Translations under genes and position numbers: made by a program
Shown: piece after piece, positions 37,221 through 51,032 of the stretch
Position numbering within the stretch: position 1 is the stretch's first letter
Layout of the letters: the number at the start of each line of letters is the position of its first letter
Notes under the pieces: generated by a model
Databases searched by the model: none
What the model was told of the DNA's origin: nothing
What the model saw: the letters and a program-made list of their open reading frames with translations, nothing else
Assembly: GCA_028534125.1 (NCBI GenBank)
Contig: CM052817.1
Location: forward strand, 90,088,001 to 90,152,000
DNA from: Lama glama
Taxonomy: Eukaryota
Length of the DNA: 64,000 nucleotides
Reading direction: 5' to 3'

Positions 37221-37659
37221 GTCCAGGAACACAATTGAGTCACTCTTAACCATCTTCATGTGTATCATGTCAAGAGGTGTGGTTGCTAACGCAATGGCAC
37301 ATTTTCAGTCTCTGTTTTGTCTTGTTTGGATCATCTTAAACAATGAATTTAAATTTCAAAGTAGTTTGAATGTAAGGGATTGTGTGAGAAGGGTTGCATA
37401 GTCCCATCCATGGAGTTTCCATTCTTTTTCTTAAAAAGGACCTTGTAGTTTCTCTATTATTATTTCAAAATAAGTTTCTTTTACACTTCTTTTTATGGCT
37501 GTAAAGGGGAAATGTACAGATTGTATAGGGAAGTGATTATGTTGATGCCGTGTGGAGTAAATAGAGAGACAAAAAAGAGACCAAGTGGGAGAAGGTCTGC
37601 AGGGCTTGGTGCTGACCTCACTCCCACGGCGCCAGAAGTGATTGACTTGGGAGGGTCAG

Positions 37660-38110
37660 TGTATCAATTCACAATTGCTTCAGTAAACCTGCATGACACG
37701 CAACGGCAAGTTCTGAGCAGCACACAAAGTAAGAATTGGTTTATCTCATGCAGCTGTGGGACATCTTCGGGCTGGTTAACCTGGCTTGGGCCCACCTAGG
37801 GCAGCTCTTCTCCACGTGTATGTCATCTCCCTTTGATGAGCTGGATATTCAAGGCGAGCCCTTCTCCTGGCAATGGGAGCGGTTTCGGAAAGCAGCTTGA
37901 AAGCTGTAAGACTTCTTGAGGCAGAGTCACAGAGCTGGCGCACTGTCATTTCTGCAGGATTCTGTTTGCCAAAGCAAGTCACGAGGCCAAGGCCAAAGTC
38001 AGAAGAAAGAAAATATGCTATTTCCTGCTAGAAGGAGGAGCTACCAAAGTCACGTGGCAACGGCAAGCATATAAGAACAGGTGGAGCAGCGGAGTCCTTG
38101 ATGCAAGTCC
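37660..38110 (-). mobile_element. MaLR LTR (MLT1H/I-like)
   Basis: gctggcgcactgtcatttctgc...ttctgtttgccaaagcaagtcacgaggccaag...caaagtcacgtggcaa are characteristic antisense MLT1 motifs. Confidence 0.8.
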
Positions 38111-40074
38111 TTAGAGCTGGCGTGGTCTCTGACGGACGTGAAAAGACTGCAAAATCGTCTCACTCCAGGCCAGAGTGTTTAAGGATTTATCAGCTATCAA
38201 ATATAGTCTATTGAATCTTATAACCCCTGTGAAAAACCTCAATTGCCAGTAGTTTGAGGAATCTTCAGGCAACGGTGGTAATGTAGTTTGGAAGACTTAA
38301 AGAGGTACTGAAGCATCTGCTGTGCTGTTTAAAGGATTAAGAGGTATGTGATGTCTTGGTCAAATGGATTTTTTTGCACATACACTACCCTCTCCTTTTT
38401 TTTTTTTTTGGAATGAGAAAAGAATTTAAAAATGACTCAACTAGAGAATAATTAATATCTTATTAATTTAAACTTCTTCCATGTCCCTCGTCCTTTCATT
38501 TGGTAAAATAGCTATCATCACTTACAACTAAAACTTCACATTCATATTGTGCTTGAATTTTTATGAAATGGTCTCACATCTATTATCTCAATTGATTCCA
38601 AATAATCTTATTACATGAGAAAGCCGGAGATTAATCACACTGAATTCCATATGAACCCACCTAATTACGGGCACTTTGCTGGTTCCAGAATTGTTCAAAT
38701 CTGAAGTCCTCCATTCCCCTATTACTTCTCAGTTCCCTCTTCTCTGAAGCCTTCCTACTCCTCCACAATTTTTCCCCCAGTCTCTCACTGATCCTAACAA
38801 CTACCCTGTATAGTTGGTTCTCAATTTCCAAATGGTGTTGCCCAGGGCGCAACTCTGGCCATCTTCCTACTTGCATGCGAGGGAGAGAGCAAACAGGTGC
38901 TGCAGTTAGAGACGCGTAGGCATGCTGGGTGGGAAAAGACCGCACTTCACCTGGCCAGGGCTTGGGGGCCTCCAATAAGTCTTCCCAAAGGATTTACCTG
39001 TGCCCTATTTGCAGGAAATAGTCAACTCAGAATCTTTTCTGGAATAGGAATAAAAAGGTAAAAAAAAAAAAAAACTAGTATTGTGTATTGTGCGTGTGTT
39101 GGAGGTGGAATAGTGGTGATATTTGCAAACAGTAAAAATACAGAATGCAGGTGGGTGTTCCTTGTTTGACTGTTTTGGGGTTTTTTTGCATCTTAAATGG
39201 GAAGCCTGTGCATCTGCCACATAACCACCTTTATACCCTAGTCCTAGACAGTACCCATCCCTCAAAATGGGCAGGAAAGAGGCTGACTTGGTCTCTTTTC
39301 AGTAGAGAATGTTGTCATGTTTTTTGGTAAACACCAGTAGCCATGAAATTTCTACGTAGGCTTGTTTTGTATACCTTCAGTAGATTGGGACATAAGCTCT
39401 TTGAAAACATTGCTGTAATCATTACAGTTATTTCTAAGATACCTACATCATTTTGTGTCAAAAGCTACCATGGGTCTAACCTGCCGGAACTAGTGGGCAG
39501 TACCAGTTACTTTCATATGTAGTGTCAGAGTTCCTTGGAAAAGGTATGATTCTTTTCTTTTTAACAATATCGGAGAACAAAGAGAATAGTGTCTTAGATG
39601 TCATAATCTTTGCAGATATTTTCCTGTGCTTCTGAGAATTCTGTTTCATTCCTGATGGGTTCAATTTGAGTTCCTTTGGGGAGCTGTGGAGAGGAATTGC
39701 TGTCTTATCTTTCCAATCCGTTAAATCTTACAAAGAGCCCTTAAGTGTATAACCATGTGTACTTGGGGTAAATGCTGAAATAGGTCTCTGTGAACATTAA
39801 TATATTATTAGGTAGTTTGCTTCATGAACAATTTTTTTCACATATTGGTTATCATGTTTTAAGACTAGATTTGCTAGAATTCAAGTATTTTTATTAATGT
39901 GAAACTCTGCATTTTCTTTGTATGTGTTTCTCTGTTACTTTATTGTTTTCAGTGTACAACTTTACCATGGAAAAATATATATTACATTTAGTAAAGGTGT
40001 TAACTGTTATCTTAATTTTCTAGACAAAGATCTTTTTACCTACTTTTCTAATTTCTTCTCTAGTAACAATAATG

Positions 40075-40310
40075 ACAATAATTGAACCAGCAGTTATGTG
40101 ACAGATATATTAATAATACATACTGGCATTATTTCTGTAACTTCTCCAAACATGTAAAGAGGTAGATATTTATTATCATTTATACTTTACAGAGAGGTAA
40201 ACTCTTACATAGAGTTTGGGTCACTTTCCAAAAGTTACACAGTAAAATACGAGAAAGCCAGGTTTCAAAACCAGGGTCAGCTAATGACATAGGTCATTTT
40301 ATAAACCATT
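40075..40310 (-). mobile_element. MIR SINE
   Basis: gaggtagatatttattatcatttatactttacagagaggtaaact...aaagttacacag...agccaggtttcaaaaccagg. Confidence 0.7.
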
Positions 40311-42360
40311 TATTAATACCCAGAACTGTATAAGAAACTTTAGAGTAATATGAGTACAGACTGTACATTTAAAAATTTTTTTTCCTATCCTAGCCTAAGA
40401 AATCGGAAAGCAGGTTGATACTGGAGAGAGCTGTTTTCACAGAGTACAAAATAAATAAAACAGTGTCTTAAGTAAAAATGTATGGGGAGAAACTTTTCTT
40501 TTCTCCAACTATTTGAAAACTCTCCTGTATGTTCCTGTGTCTGGTGCAGGAAGACAGGACCAATTGTTGGACAGAAAGGAACTAAGTGGAGAGGATAATG
40601 TCATCTCATCAATGTCACAGAAATCTATTACTTATAAAGCAGTGGGGTCCAGGAGGAATGGCCCCACCAAGAAAGAGCAAGCTGTCTCATTGGCCAGGGG
40701 ATTATAATAGCTCCTAATGTGATTAAGGACTCTACCTCACAGCAAAACAAAACACGTTATACCAGCGCCGAGGCGGGGCTGTCAGCTTGTGGTGATGGAA
40801 CCAACAGTGGGGCTATTTATTCCACAGCACACATGACACATTCAGCTCAAACCATAGGGGGGCACATGTTCAAACAAGGCCTCATAGATCTCATTATTTA
40901 GCAAGAGGATTTGTGGATATCAAGTCTCGTGCATGAAAAATCTACAGCTAGGTGACCAGTTTTCCATATGACAGAGCAATTGATTGAACTTTTAAAAACT
41001 GAGCAAAACAGCGCAAATGATTTGGCAACTTTCACAGTTCTTTTTTTTTCTCTTCTATCTCTGCTTTGTCAAAAAGAACACATTGATTGGTAAACTAAAA
41101 CTAATGGTACATTTACAGAGTGTGAAATGATGATATGATACAAAGTCAATTTAAAAAATTACAAGTCATCTATATTTGGTGAAATTTATATGTCAGAAAT
41201 AATACTGTAAAAGTGAATGGAACCAGCACTGTCCCTGGAATGTAGGAAAGACCTCTCGAATGTGTCTGGAATCTGATGGAACAAGCTGCTCTGAAAAGGA
41301 CTTAGTTTTAATTATTAAACTGCTGCTATCATGCAGAGGCTCTCTGGGTAGAATTGTATAATTTTGCTCTCCTTAGTGGTGCTGGAACCAGGTTATAAAA
41401 TATGCATGCTTTATTTATTTATTTTGTCTTGGAATTAGTGGCTAAAGCCTTGTTAATTTCATAACCACGGGCTTGCTCATTTCCTTTCCTCTCTTTCTGA
41501 ATGTGGATGAGGGTTTTTATTCAGGAGCATAAATTCTGTGATGCCATTTTGCTCACATGAAGTTGAATTTTTGCCAGGTGCTATGTTAGATGCAATCACT
41601 GCTGGGGATTCTGTGGGTGTTAGTGAAAATTACTTGGACAGAAAAACAATATGTTGCCTCAGTACAGGCTGAGAAAGTAGTGATGCAGGGGCACAAGGGA
41701 GTGCTTTGCAATATGTGGCAGTGGCTGGAATTCTTTCTGCTTCATTTGCAACTCAAACATCTCCACTCAGAGCTTTGTCACTTTATAGTGATGATATTTG
41801 GGCTGAAACTTCTTAGACTGATTTCTTAGTTTAGACGTTTCTCCTTACGTAGCACCTAATACTCCATTAATTTTTAACACTGTTTAAAGACAGGAAGTCT
41901 GTTTAAAAATGTGAAAATCAATAATGAAATGATCAAGGAACACGAAGTCTTGATAGAAAATTCTTAAAAGAATTAAAAGAGCTTTAGCCTATAATAAAAA
42001 TAGAAGCTTCTCTTCCTGTTTTCTCTATTTCCTTTTTTTTTTCTGAACTCTTAGTATATGTCTTTTGCTTCTCTCAACTGGGGACATAAAGGGACCATCT
42101 GTTCCTTAGCTGTTCTCCACGTCAATGACTTTCAAATCTTTTTTTTTTTTCAGTTCCTCTCTCACCCTTAGTTCTGGCTTCTTAATTCAACTAAATAGAA
42201 TTTCCCACTTAAATCGAGTGCCTACAACTTACTTCACTTTTTAAAAATAAACTTAAATTTATGAATAAGTAAAGTGTATTTATTGAATAATGCAGTTTTT
42301 TATAAATTTATAGTTTTTAAAATTTCAAACTCAAACATGTATTTCTTTTGAAATCAAAAG

Positions 42361-42472
42361 CAGGGTGACCAACCTTCCTCATTAGCTTGAAACTGTCCAA
42401 TTTTAGTACTGAAAGGCTTGTGCTCTGAGACAGCTAAGAATCCCAGGCAAACCAGGATAATTGGTCATCCTA
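42361..42472. mobile_element. MER81-like hAT-Blackjack MITE
   Basis: 112 bp with TIRs agggtgaccaa / ttggtcatcct and internal ttttagtactgaaag...cccaggcaaaccagga. Confidence 0.8.
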
Positions 42473-43227
42473 AGAAAATAACAGTAGTTCTAAACATCCT
42501 GGCAGCCAATGCAAAGATAAAAAGTTGCTATTTATCATGTTGCTCTTAAAGTTGGAATAAAATACATCAGTTCTTCTGTGAAACCTGATGTGTATATGTG
42601 TGTGTTGTTTGCTTATTTTATTGTTAACTACTAAATTTGAAGAAAAGTTAGGTAAAGCATTATATAGGAGGCACTGAGTAATACTTAGGATTCTATGTCA
42701 GTTTCTCAAGAGAACCAAAAAACCAGATATAAAACCTATAGGGCTAGTTCTTACATTGATTTTTGGAAAAGGAAAAATCTAAGCCTGGATTGCATGTAAG
42801 GAAGGTAATTCTGTGGGCATCTAAGGAGCTGATGCCACTTTCTGGTCAGTTATGTATATAAAATACGTGAAGAATAAGCAGCTAATATGTCTCTGTAAGC
42901 TATCATCCGGTAACACTGATTTCTCTCTGCTAGTTATTTCCTTGGACCTGGATAGCAGAGTTGGAGGTTCCTTGTTTAATCGGGGACCTTACTGCTTGGT
43001 ATTCCGGACTGCTTAAGACAGATCAGTCAGTGTAATAGCTTTGTGTTATCTAAAGCAGTGAGTCGAAGCCCTAGTCCACCCAAATGTTATTACCACTTAA
43101 ACTTTTCCAGTATTTTCATAAGTAAAAAATTCCCAGGTGTAATCAGGTGGTTGTTCATATTTTCCATGTGTCTTCCTGGTCTTGCTGCTTCTCAGGATGA
43201 ATCTGATCTCTTACAACTAAGTATCAA

Positions 43228-43520
43228 CTAATTCATTGTTTAATTCCATGCATATTTGCTGAGCACTTACTCTGTGCCAGTTACTATTGTGAGTACCAGA
43301 GATATAACAGTGCACACACACAGGCGAGAACCCCTGTGGTCAGGCAGCCTACAATCTTCTGGGTTGATAGAGTCAATAAACTAACAGCAGGGTAGTGATC
43401 AATTCTTTGGAGAAATGGAGATTGGAAGAATTGGGAGGGTGTTTCAATTTTAAATAGTCACATTGGATAAAGGCCTAGAGCAGATGAGACAATAGGCCAT
43501 GGTGGTAGACGGGGAAGCTC
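43228..43520 (-). mobile_element. L2 LINE 3' end
   Basis: catatttgctgagcacttactctgtgccag...gagatataacagtg is the antisense L2 terminus. Confidence 0.75.
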
Positions 43521-44139
43521 TGGGCACTCTTGCAGCTCTTTTACTGATACTGTTTTTTTTTTGCATCACTACGCTTCAAGTACCCATTGCTTGGGTGTAA
43601 TACAAATAGATCAATCTCAAGGCCTCAGTTAAAAATATGGACAGTTAAAACAATAAACTAGGCACAAGATTGGAGTCTTCAACTTTCATACACTGAAACT
43701 GGAAAACAGCTATAATTCTGATAAACAGATTTGTTTGTTGCTTGTCTCATGGCCACAATGAATGGAGTGGTATTATGAAAAATACTGCTGAATTAGAGGG
43801 TCAGGAGCCAAGATTCTGTTTGTGGCTACACTTCTAGTTATGACTGTACAGTTCATATTCTGATTTTGTTTATTACTTTATAAATGATAGAGAATGTCAA
43901 GGTGAATTCTACAGCAACTTACAGTTCTGGAATGACATAATCTAAGATTCTGGAATTAACTTGTACCAATTCAAATCATCACTCTAGTGTAGAGAAAAAT
44001 AATACTTCTCATGACTACTCCCTTCCCACCTCAGAAATTTACTATCCTAATACGCTGACAGAGCTAGCTAAAAAACACCCTAGGGAAGTTGTGCCCTGCA
44101 GTGTGAAGCAGAAAATTCCCAGTAGACCTCTCTTTTAAT

Positions 44140-44682
44140 TATGGTAGGCAGAATTCTAAAAAAAATGACAATGATCTAAGCCCTTGTATAACCTCTCCTT
44201 CATTGTGGGCAGGTCCTGTGAATATGATGGGATATCACTCCCAAGATTATGTTATTTTATATGGCAAAAGTTAAAGGCTTTAATTAAGGACTCTAATCAT
44301 TTGACTTTGAGTTAATAAAAAGAAAGATGATCCTGACTGGGCCTAACATAATCAGCTAAGACTTTTAAAACCAGGATTAGGTTTCCCCTGAATTCAGAGA
44401 TGCTGTAAAGAAGCAAGCTCCCATGAGCTGTGTATCTACAGAAAATTTAATTCTGCCAGCAATCTGATGAACTTGGAAATGGGTTCTTACCTAGTCAAGC
44501 CTTCACATGAGACCCCCAACCCCAGATGACACCTAGATTGGAGTCTTGTAAGACCCCAGGGAGAGGACCCAGCTAAACAGTGCCCAGAATCCTAATTCAT
44601 AAAAGCTCAAAGATAATAAATGGGTTGTTTTAAGTTACTCAGTTTGTGGTGATTTATTATGCAGTAATAAGAAACTAATACA
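44140..44682 (+). mobile_element. MaLR solo LTR (MLT1E-like)
   Basis: tggtaggcagaattctaa...gaatatgatgggatatcactccc...tatatggcaaaag...gactttgagttaat...agtttgtggtgatttattatgcagtaataagaaactaataca. Confidence 0.88.
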
Positions 44683-44829
44683 TCAGTGAAATGGAATTGG
44701 TACAATGATGCCATCTAATTTAAAAAAAATCAAAATACATTGAAGGCCAAAATCTCATTCACTGTCATATCATAGATGAGACACTTAGTATTTCAGTGAA
44801 TTTTCTTCTAGTACATTTTTAAGAATAGT

Positions 44830-45172
44830 TGTTGTTTTCAATACCAAGCACAAACGTGCTACCACTTTATAGCATTTGTTCTAGCTGCAGAGGGCTGTGG
44901 GCCCATGGGCTTTGGCAGATGGAAAGATTTGTTGTGGCCAGCTGGACTACTCTTCCCCTGTCAATACCCAGCCTTGAGGCTACTGGTCAGTTGTGTCATT
45001 GTCACCTGTTTTGAACAGTTTTCTAACTTAAAGTGAAAGCAACAAATTTCTGATTCTCAGAACTGAGAACTGAGGCAGCAAAGCTGAAAGCTAATGACAT
45101 CCCGCCTACATCCCAATTATAACCCCCGTAAGCCTTTCAGTGATTTTTATAAGCTCCCAAACCCTTGTTTTA
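44830..45172 (+). mobile_element. Old ERVL-type LTR (LTR33/LTR41-like), 5' part, split by an L1
   Basis: Ends in cagtgatttttataagctcccaaacc, which joins across the L1 to the LTR-end motif at 48308-48390. Confidence 0.5.
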
Positions 45173-48100
45173 TTTATGTGTTTATTTTGTTTTACTATTA
45201 TTTTATTTTTATTTTGTATTGAAGTATAGTTGATTTACAATATCATGTTTGATTCAGGTGTACAGCATTGTGATTCACTATTTTTGCAAACTATGCTCCA
45301 TAATAGGTTATTCCAAGATAATGAGTATAACTCCCCATGTTATACAGTTAATCTTTGTTGCTTAACTATTTTATATATAGTAGTTTGTATCTATTAATCC
45401 CATGTCCCTAGTTTGTCCCTCCCCTTTCCCTCTCCCCTTTGCTAACCGCAGGTTTGTTTTCTATACTTGTGAGGCTGCTTCTGTTTTGTATATACAGTCA
45501 TTTGTATTATATTTTTTTTTGATTCCATGTATAAGTGATAGCATACAGTATTTGTCTTTCTCTGGCTTATTTCACTAAGCAGAATATTCTCTAGGTCCAT
45601 CCATACTACTGCAATTGGCAGTATTTCATTCTTTTAATGGCTGAGTAATATTCCATTTTATATATATGTGTGGGTGTGTGTCTATATGTGTTTATATATA
45701 TATGTAAATGTATATATGTATATATATGTCACACATTCCTAATGTAATCATCTGTTGATGGCCAAAAGGGTTGCTTCCATGTCTTGGCTATTGTAAATAG
45801 TAGTGCTATGAACACTGGGATGCATGTATCTTTTCAAATTAGTGTTTTCATTATTTCCAGATATATATCCAGAAGTAGAACTGCTGGATTATACAGTAGT
45901 TTAATTTTTTAGTTTTTGAGGAGCCTCCATACTATTTTCCATAGTGGCTTCACCGATTTACATTCCAACCAACAGTGTATGAGGGTTCCCTTTTCTCGAC
46001 ATCCTCTCCAACATTTGTTATTTGTAGACTTTTTGATGGTAACCATTCTGATAGATGTGAGGTGATATCTCATTGTGGTTTAGATTTGCATTTTTTAATG
46101 ATTAGTGATGTTGAGCATTTTTTCATGTGCCTATTGGCTATTTCTGTGTGTTCTTTGGAGACACATCTATTCAGGTCCTCTCCTCATTTTGACTGTTGTT
46201 TTTGGTTTCTTTTTTAATAGTGAGTGTATGAGCTGTCCTTGTCAGATGCATCATTTGCAAATACTTTCATCCATTTTGTAAGTTGTCTTTTCATTTTGTT
46301 GTGATTTCCATTGCTGTGCATTTTGTTTGCTTAGGTCACATTTGTTTATTTTTGTTTTTATTTCTTTTGCCTTAGGAGCTGGACAGATTAAGAAAATAGT
46401 GCTGTGATTTTTGTTAAAGACTGTTCCACCAGTATTCTCGTCTAGGAGTTTTATGGTTTCAGATCTTACCTTTAGGTCTTTAAAACATATGGTGTGAGAG
46501 AATGTTCTAATCTCATTGCTGTCCAGTTTTCCCGGCACCACTTGAAGAGACTGTCTTTTCTGCATTGTATATTCCTGCTTCCTTTGTTGTAGATTAATTG
46601 ACCATGTGTTCATGGGTTTATATCTCACCTCTCTATGCTGTTCCATTGATCTGTGTGTCTGTTTTTGTGCCAGTATCATGCTGCTGTTTTGATTACTGGA
46701 GTGTTATAGTGTGAAGTCGGGAGGGTATACCTCTAGCTTTGTTCTTTTTTCCTCAAGTTTGGCTTTGCAGTTAAGGGCCTTTTGTGGTTCCACATAAATT
46801 TTAGGATTATTCATTCTAGTTCTGTGAAAAATGTCATGGATTTTTTTTGACACAGATTGTATTAAATCTGTACTTTGGGTAGTATGGTTATTTTAACAAT
46901 ATTAATTCTTTCAATCCAAGAGCATCAATCCAAGGATATCTTTCCATTTCTTTGAATTATCTTCAATTTCCTTCATCAGTGTTCTATAGTTTTTGGAGTA
47001 TAGGTCATTCACCTCCTTGGTTAAGTTTATTCCTAGGTTTTTTTTAATGTCATTTTAAATGGGATTTTTTTTTTTACTTTCTCTTTGATATTTTATTAAT
47101 AATGTAATATTAATGTATAGACTCACAACAGATTTCTGTATATAAATCTTGTATCCTGCAACCTTGCCGAATTCCTTTATTCAATAGTTTTTGGATAGAG
47201 ACTTTAGGGTTCTCTATATAGAGTATCATGTCATCTGCAAGTAGTGACAGTTTTACTTCTTCACTTCTAATTCGTATATCTTATATTTCTTACCTGATTG
47301 CTGTGGCTGAGACTTCCAATGCTATGTTAAATAGAAGTGGTGAGAGTGGACATCCTTTTCCTGTTCCTGTATTTAGCAGTAAGGCTTTCAGCTTTTCACT
47401 GTTGAGTATTATGTTTGCTGTGGGTTTGTCAAAAATGGCCTTTATTATGTGCAGATATGTTCCCTCTATACCAACTTTGAAGAAAGCTTTTATCATGAAT
47501 GGATGATAAATTTTGTCAAATGCTTTTTTGGTGTCTATTGATATGATCATGTGATTTTTATCCTTCCTTTTGTTAATGTGATGTATCACACTGACTGATG
47601 TGCAAATGTTGAACCATACTTGTGGCCCTGGAATAAATTCAGCTTGATCATGTGTGGTGTATGTCCTATATATATATAGTTTTGGACTCAGTTTGCTAAT
47701 ATTTTGTTCAGAATTTTTGCATCTATATTTATCAGAGATACCGACCTGTAATTTTTTTGTAGTGTCTCTTCCCGGTTTTGGTATCTGGTAATGCTGGCCC
47801 TGTAGAATAAATTTGTGATTGTTCCCTTCTCTTCAATTTTTGGAACAGTTTCGGAAGGATAGGTTTTAGTTCTTCTTTATGTGTTTGGTAGAATTTGCCT
47901 GTGAAGCCATCTGGTCTGGACCTTTGTTTGCTGGGAGTTTTTCTGTTTGTTTGTTTTTATTTTTGTTTTTGTTTTTTTAACAAATTCAGTATCACTTCTA
48001 GTGATCTGTCTGTTCGGGTTGTCAATTTCTTCTTGACTTAGTCTTGGCAGGCTTTATATGATTCTAGAAATTTGTCCGTTTCTTCTAGGTTGTACAATTT

Positions 48101-48307
48101 GTTGACATTTAACTGTTCATAGTATTCTCATAACTTTTTGTGTCTGGGTGTTATTGGTTGTTATTCCTCCTTTCTTTTTTTTACATTTTGTTTATCTGTG
48201 TCCTCTCTCTTTTCCTCTTGGTGAACCTGGTAGAGGTTTATCAATTTTGTTGATCTTTTCAAAAAAACAGCTCCTGGTTTCATTTAACTTTTTTTTTTTT
48301 TTAACCT
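45173..48307 (-). mobile_element. 5'-truncated L1 (~3.1 kb), disrupted ORF2 plus 3' UTR
   Basis: RT remnant at 47290-47589 ([31 protein letters not shown]...[16 protein letters not shown]) and a further ORF2 remnant at 46251-46679. T-rich tail at the left end. TSD caaacccttgtttta (45158-45172) / caaacccacgtttta (48308-48322). Confidence 0.95.
47290..47589 (-). pseudogene. L1 ORF2 reverse transcriptase fragment
   Basis: Contains the L1 RT motifs SIDxxKAFDKI and [11 protein letters not shown]. Flanked by stops and frameshifts. Confidence 0.93.
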
Positions 48308-48390
48308 CAAACCCACGTTTTAAATCTCTTTCTGCAAGAATTACCTAGTGTGGTTTCTATTTTCTTTAATGATCCAGATACATAACAATA
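48308..48390 (+). mobile_element. 3' end of the split ERVL-type LTR
   Basis: ttaaatctctttctgc...tacctagtgtggtttctattttc resembles LTR33/LTR41 termini. Confidence 0.55.
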
Positions 48391-48927
48391 CATACTTACT
48401 GACATACGATAATGATCTCATTAGCACTAGTTGGTTTAATAACTAATTACTGTTATTTTATTATGATTGCTAGTCATAAGTGAAAACATGCAACTAAAAT
48501 TTTTTGATCTTTGAAGGTTTTAATCTATATTGATACTTTGCCTGGCTTCCCATTAGACTTGTGGAGTCACAAATGTTATTTTATCCTGTTTATACCTTTC
48601 CCATATGAAGAAAATCTTTGGCAGGAAGAAGTTAGTTTAGCAGATTCTGGGATGTGTTTACATAAAGTTATAGTAGCTCAATCTAGGATTCTCACAACTT
48701 CTCACTCTCCACATTGCCCTTCACTTCTGATGGATCACCTCTTGGGTGATGATTCACAATCAAATAAACGTAGATCTTAGATATCCCCTTAGCCAAAAAG
48801 CTAGTTTAATGCTGAGTACATATTATGCACTCTTTGGTTATTCTTTTACTTAAGAGTTTTATAGTTTCACAAGTAAAAAATGCATAACTAAGCATGGCAT
48901 AAAGAACATTTACAATGAATAGAGTAA

Positions 48928-49226
48928 TTTTATTTATTGATTTATTTATTTCTATTGAGATATTGACATACAACATTATTAGTTTCAGGTATACACCATA
49001 ATAACTAGATATTTGTATATATTGTAAAATGATCACCACAGTAAGTCTAGTCAATACACATCACCTCAGATGGTTATAATTTTTTTCTTGCCATGAGAAC
49101 TTTTAAGATTTACTCTCTTAGTAACTTTCAAATATGCACTGCAGTATTACTAACTATAGTCACTATGCTGTACATTACAGCTCCAGGACTTACTTATTTT
49201 TTAACTAGAAGTTTGTACCTTTTGGC
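48928..49226 (-). mobile_element. L1 3' UTR fragment (L1MA9-like / laurasiatherian type)
   Basis: (TTTA)n tail followed by aaatgatcaccacagtaagtctagt...gagaacttttaagatttactctcttag...aactagaagtttgtaccttttg. Confidence 0.85.
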
Positions 49227-50579
49227 TGCCGGAAGTCCTTTTTGTAGTGTGATAGAGAGACAGAAGCCTATGTTTTCTGAGACCCCTGAAATCCACATGT
49301 AGGTGACTAAATTCTCTCCTGTTCTTCAAGGCTCCCATGTTCTTCTCACAGCTTTCATGTAACTGATGCTATAAAGACAATATTTCAAATCTTTACCCTC
49401 ACCCCAAATATTTACATGAACAAATATTCAATATACATCTCTAATTAGACTCTAATTTATCTATCCCTTACAGACTGCAAGGTATGGGTATGTGTATTAA
49501 GAATCTTATAGTTCTCAAGGACTTAACTAGCCTGCCTTGAGGCAGGCTATCTGACCCCATCAGACAGATGAAATGAAGGCTATTCAGAAAAAGACCATCT
49601 TGTGGTACTGAATATGAAATCTGCTGTCTGACAGAGTGAAGCATAACCACTAAGCTATTTCTTTCAAGCTCCTTCTCCCCTACAAAAGGCTATTCTTTGT
49701 CCTTATAGTTCAGTTCACATCAGTATAATGCAAACCTTTGATGTCTAAAGCTGGTTTAAGTACAGCACAGAAACTGTGTATGTATGCTGCAGTGGTCAAA
49801 CAATATATCTATGTCTTGAATAGGGATCGACTAATTTAATAGAGACATTTTAATATATCATGTGTCAAGTATAATTCATAAGAAAAATCTGAAAGCTTCA
49901 CATCAAAACTTCTGACAGAAAAGACTGTTAAATGAAGAGTTTGTAATAGCAGAAAAAGTTTAGTGTTTATGTGGCTTTATTTTATATTTAATTAAATGTC
50001 ACTTTTGTTGGACAGAAAAGAACATACAATTGAATTTTACCAGTGTGTTTACAGTATTATTAAGGGGGTACCACAATTTGGTATCTCAAAGCCATTATTT
50101 GTTCATGAAAAATTAATACAACAGAGGAAAATATTGTGGTGAATGGTTCACATTTCACTGTTTCATATAGAGAAGTCTTAGACTTCATAGAAGAAATAGA
50201 AACATGGGTCTCTTGTGGGAAAAAAAAAGTTAAAAAATAAACTTACTTTTAATGTTAGTGGCTATTGGTGAGACCTTAAGCAATTGTCTTAGGAGACAAT
50301 TAAGAGATTGTGTGTTAGATTCTTATGTCTCGCATTTTTGTCTCACCATCACCTGTACCACAGAGTAGCTCTGATTGGTTAAAACTGTAAGATTCAAGTG
50401 TATCAGGAGAACCAGTCAAGAGAAAGGCCATGCAGCTGGGCAATTTCATTAGCTCTACTAGAGAATCTATTGTATGGTTATAACTTACTGATAGCAAATA
50501 ACAGAATACTTATTCTTTAACTGAAACAGAAATTTAGAAGTAATCCAGTTAACTTTATTTGGTTTTCTTTTCTCTCTTT

Positions 50580-50945
50580 TTATCTTTTTCTAATTGAAAT
50601 TTCATTGAGGTAATTGTACATTCAAAGAGAAATCTCTTGTTTATTTTGCCCAGTTTCTCCCAACAGTAATATTTTACAAAACTATAGTATATCACAACCA
50701 GGTTACTGATTGATCATTTACCTTGTTTCTATCTCTTTAAACCTTTCCATATTATTATGATTTAGGTATGCCTTTTGTAAATACTTTATACTTGGATTTT
50801 ATTTCTCTTTTTTATCTGATCTATTTTTAACAGGCTAGTTCAGTCCATTTACATTTATTAAATTACTAACATTTCTCCTTGTTTCCACTTTCTATTTTTT
50901 TCTTTCTCTTGTTTCTTGTTTTTTTCCTTCTTTATGGCCTTTTGG
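50580..50945 (-). mobile_element. Old L1 (L1MC/L1M-like) fragments
   Basis: cccagtttctcccaacagtaatattttacaaaactatagta...atcacaaccagg, then agtccatttacattta. Confidence 0.6.
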
Positions 50946-50957
50946 GTTTAAAAAAAA

Positions 50958-51032
50958 TTTTTTTTAATTGAAGCATAGTCAGTTACAATGTGCCAACTTC
51001 TGATGTACAGTGCAATGTCTCAGTCATTTATA
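50958..51032 (-). mobile_element. Very short camelid-type L1 3' end
   Basis: ttttaattgaagcatagtcagttacaatgtgccaacttctgatgtacagtgcaatgtctcagtcat. Confidence 0.75.

Noticed and set aside
40850..40866. CTCF-like CCATAGGGGGGCAC
   Set aside because: It mismatches several core positions and cannot be supported without a PWM scan or ChIP data.
47290..47589. Reverse transcriptase ORF as a sign of a retron, DGR or novel RT system
   Set aside because: It is an ordinary L1 ORF2 fragment within a truncated, frameshifted L1.
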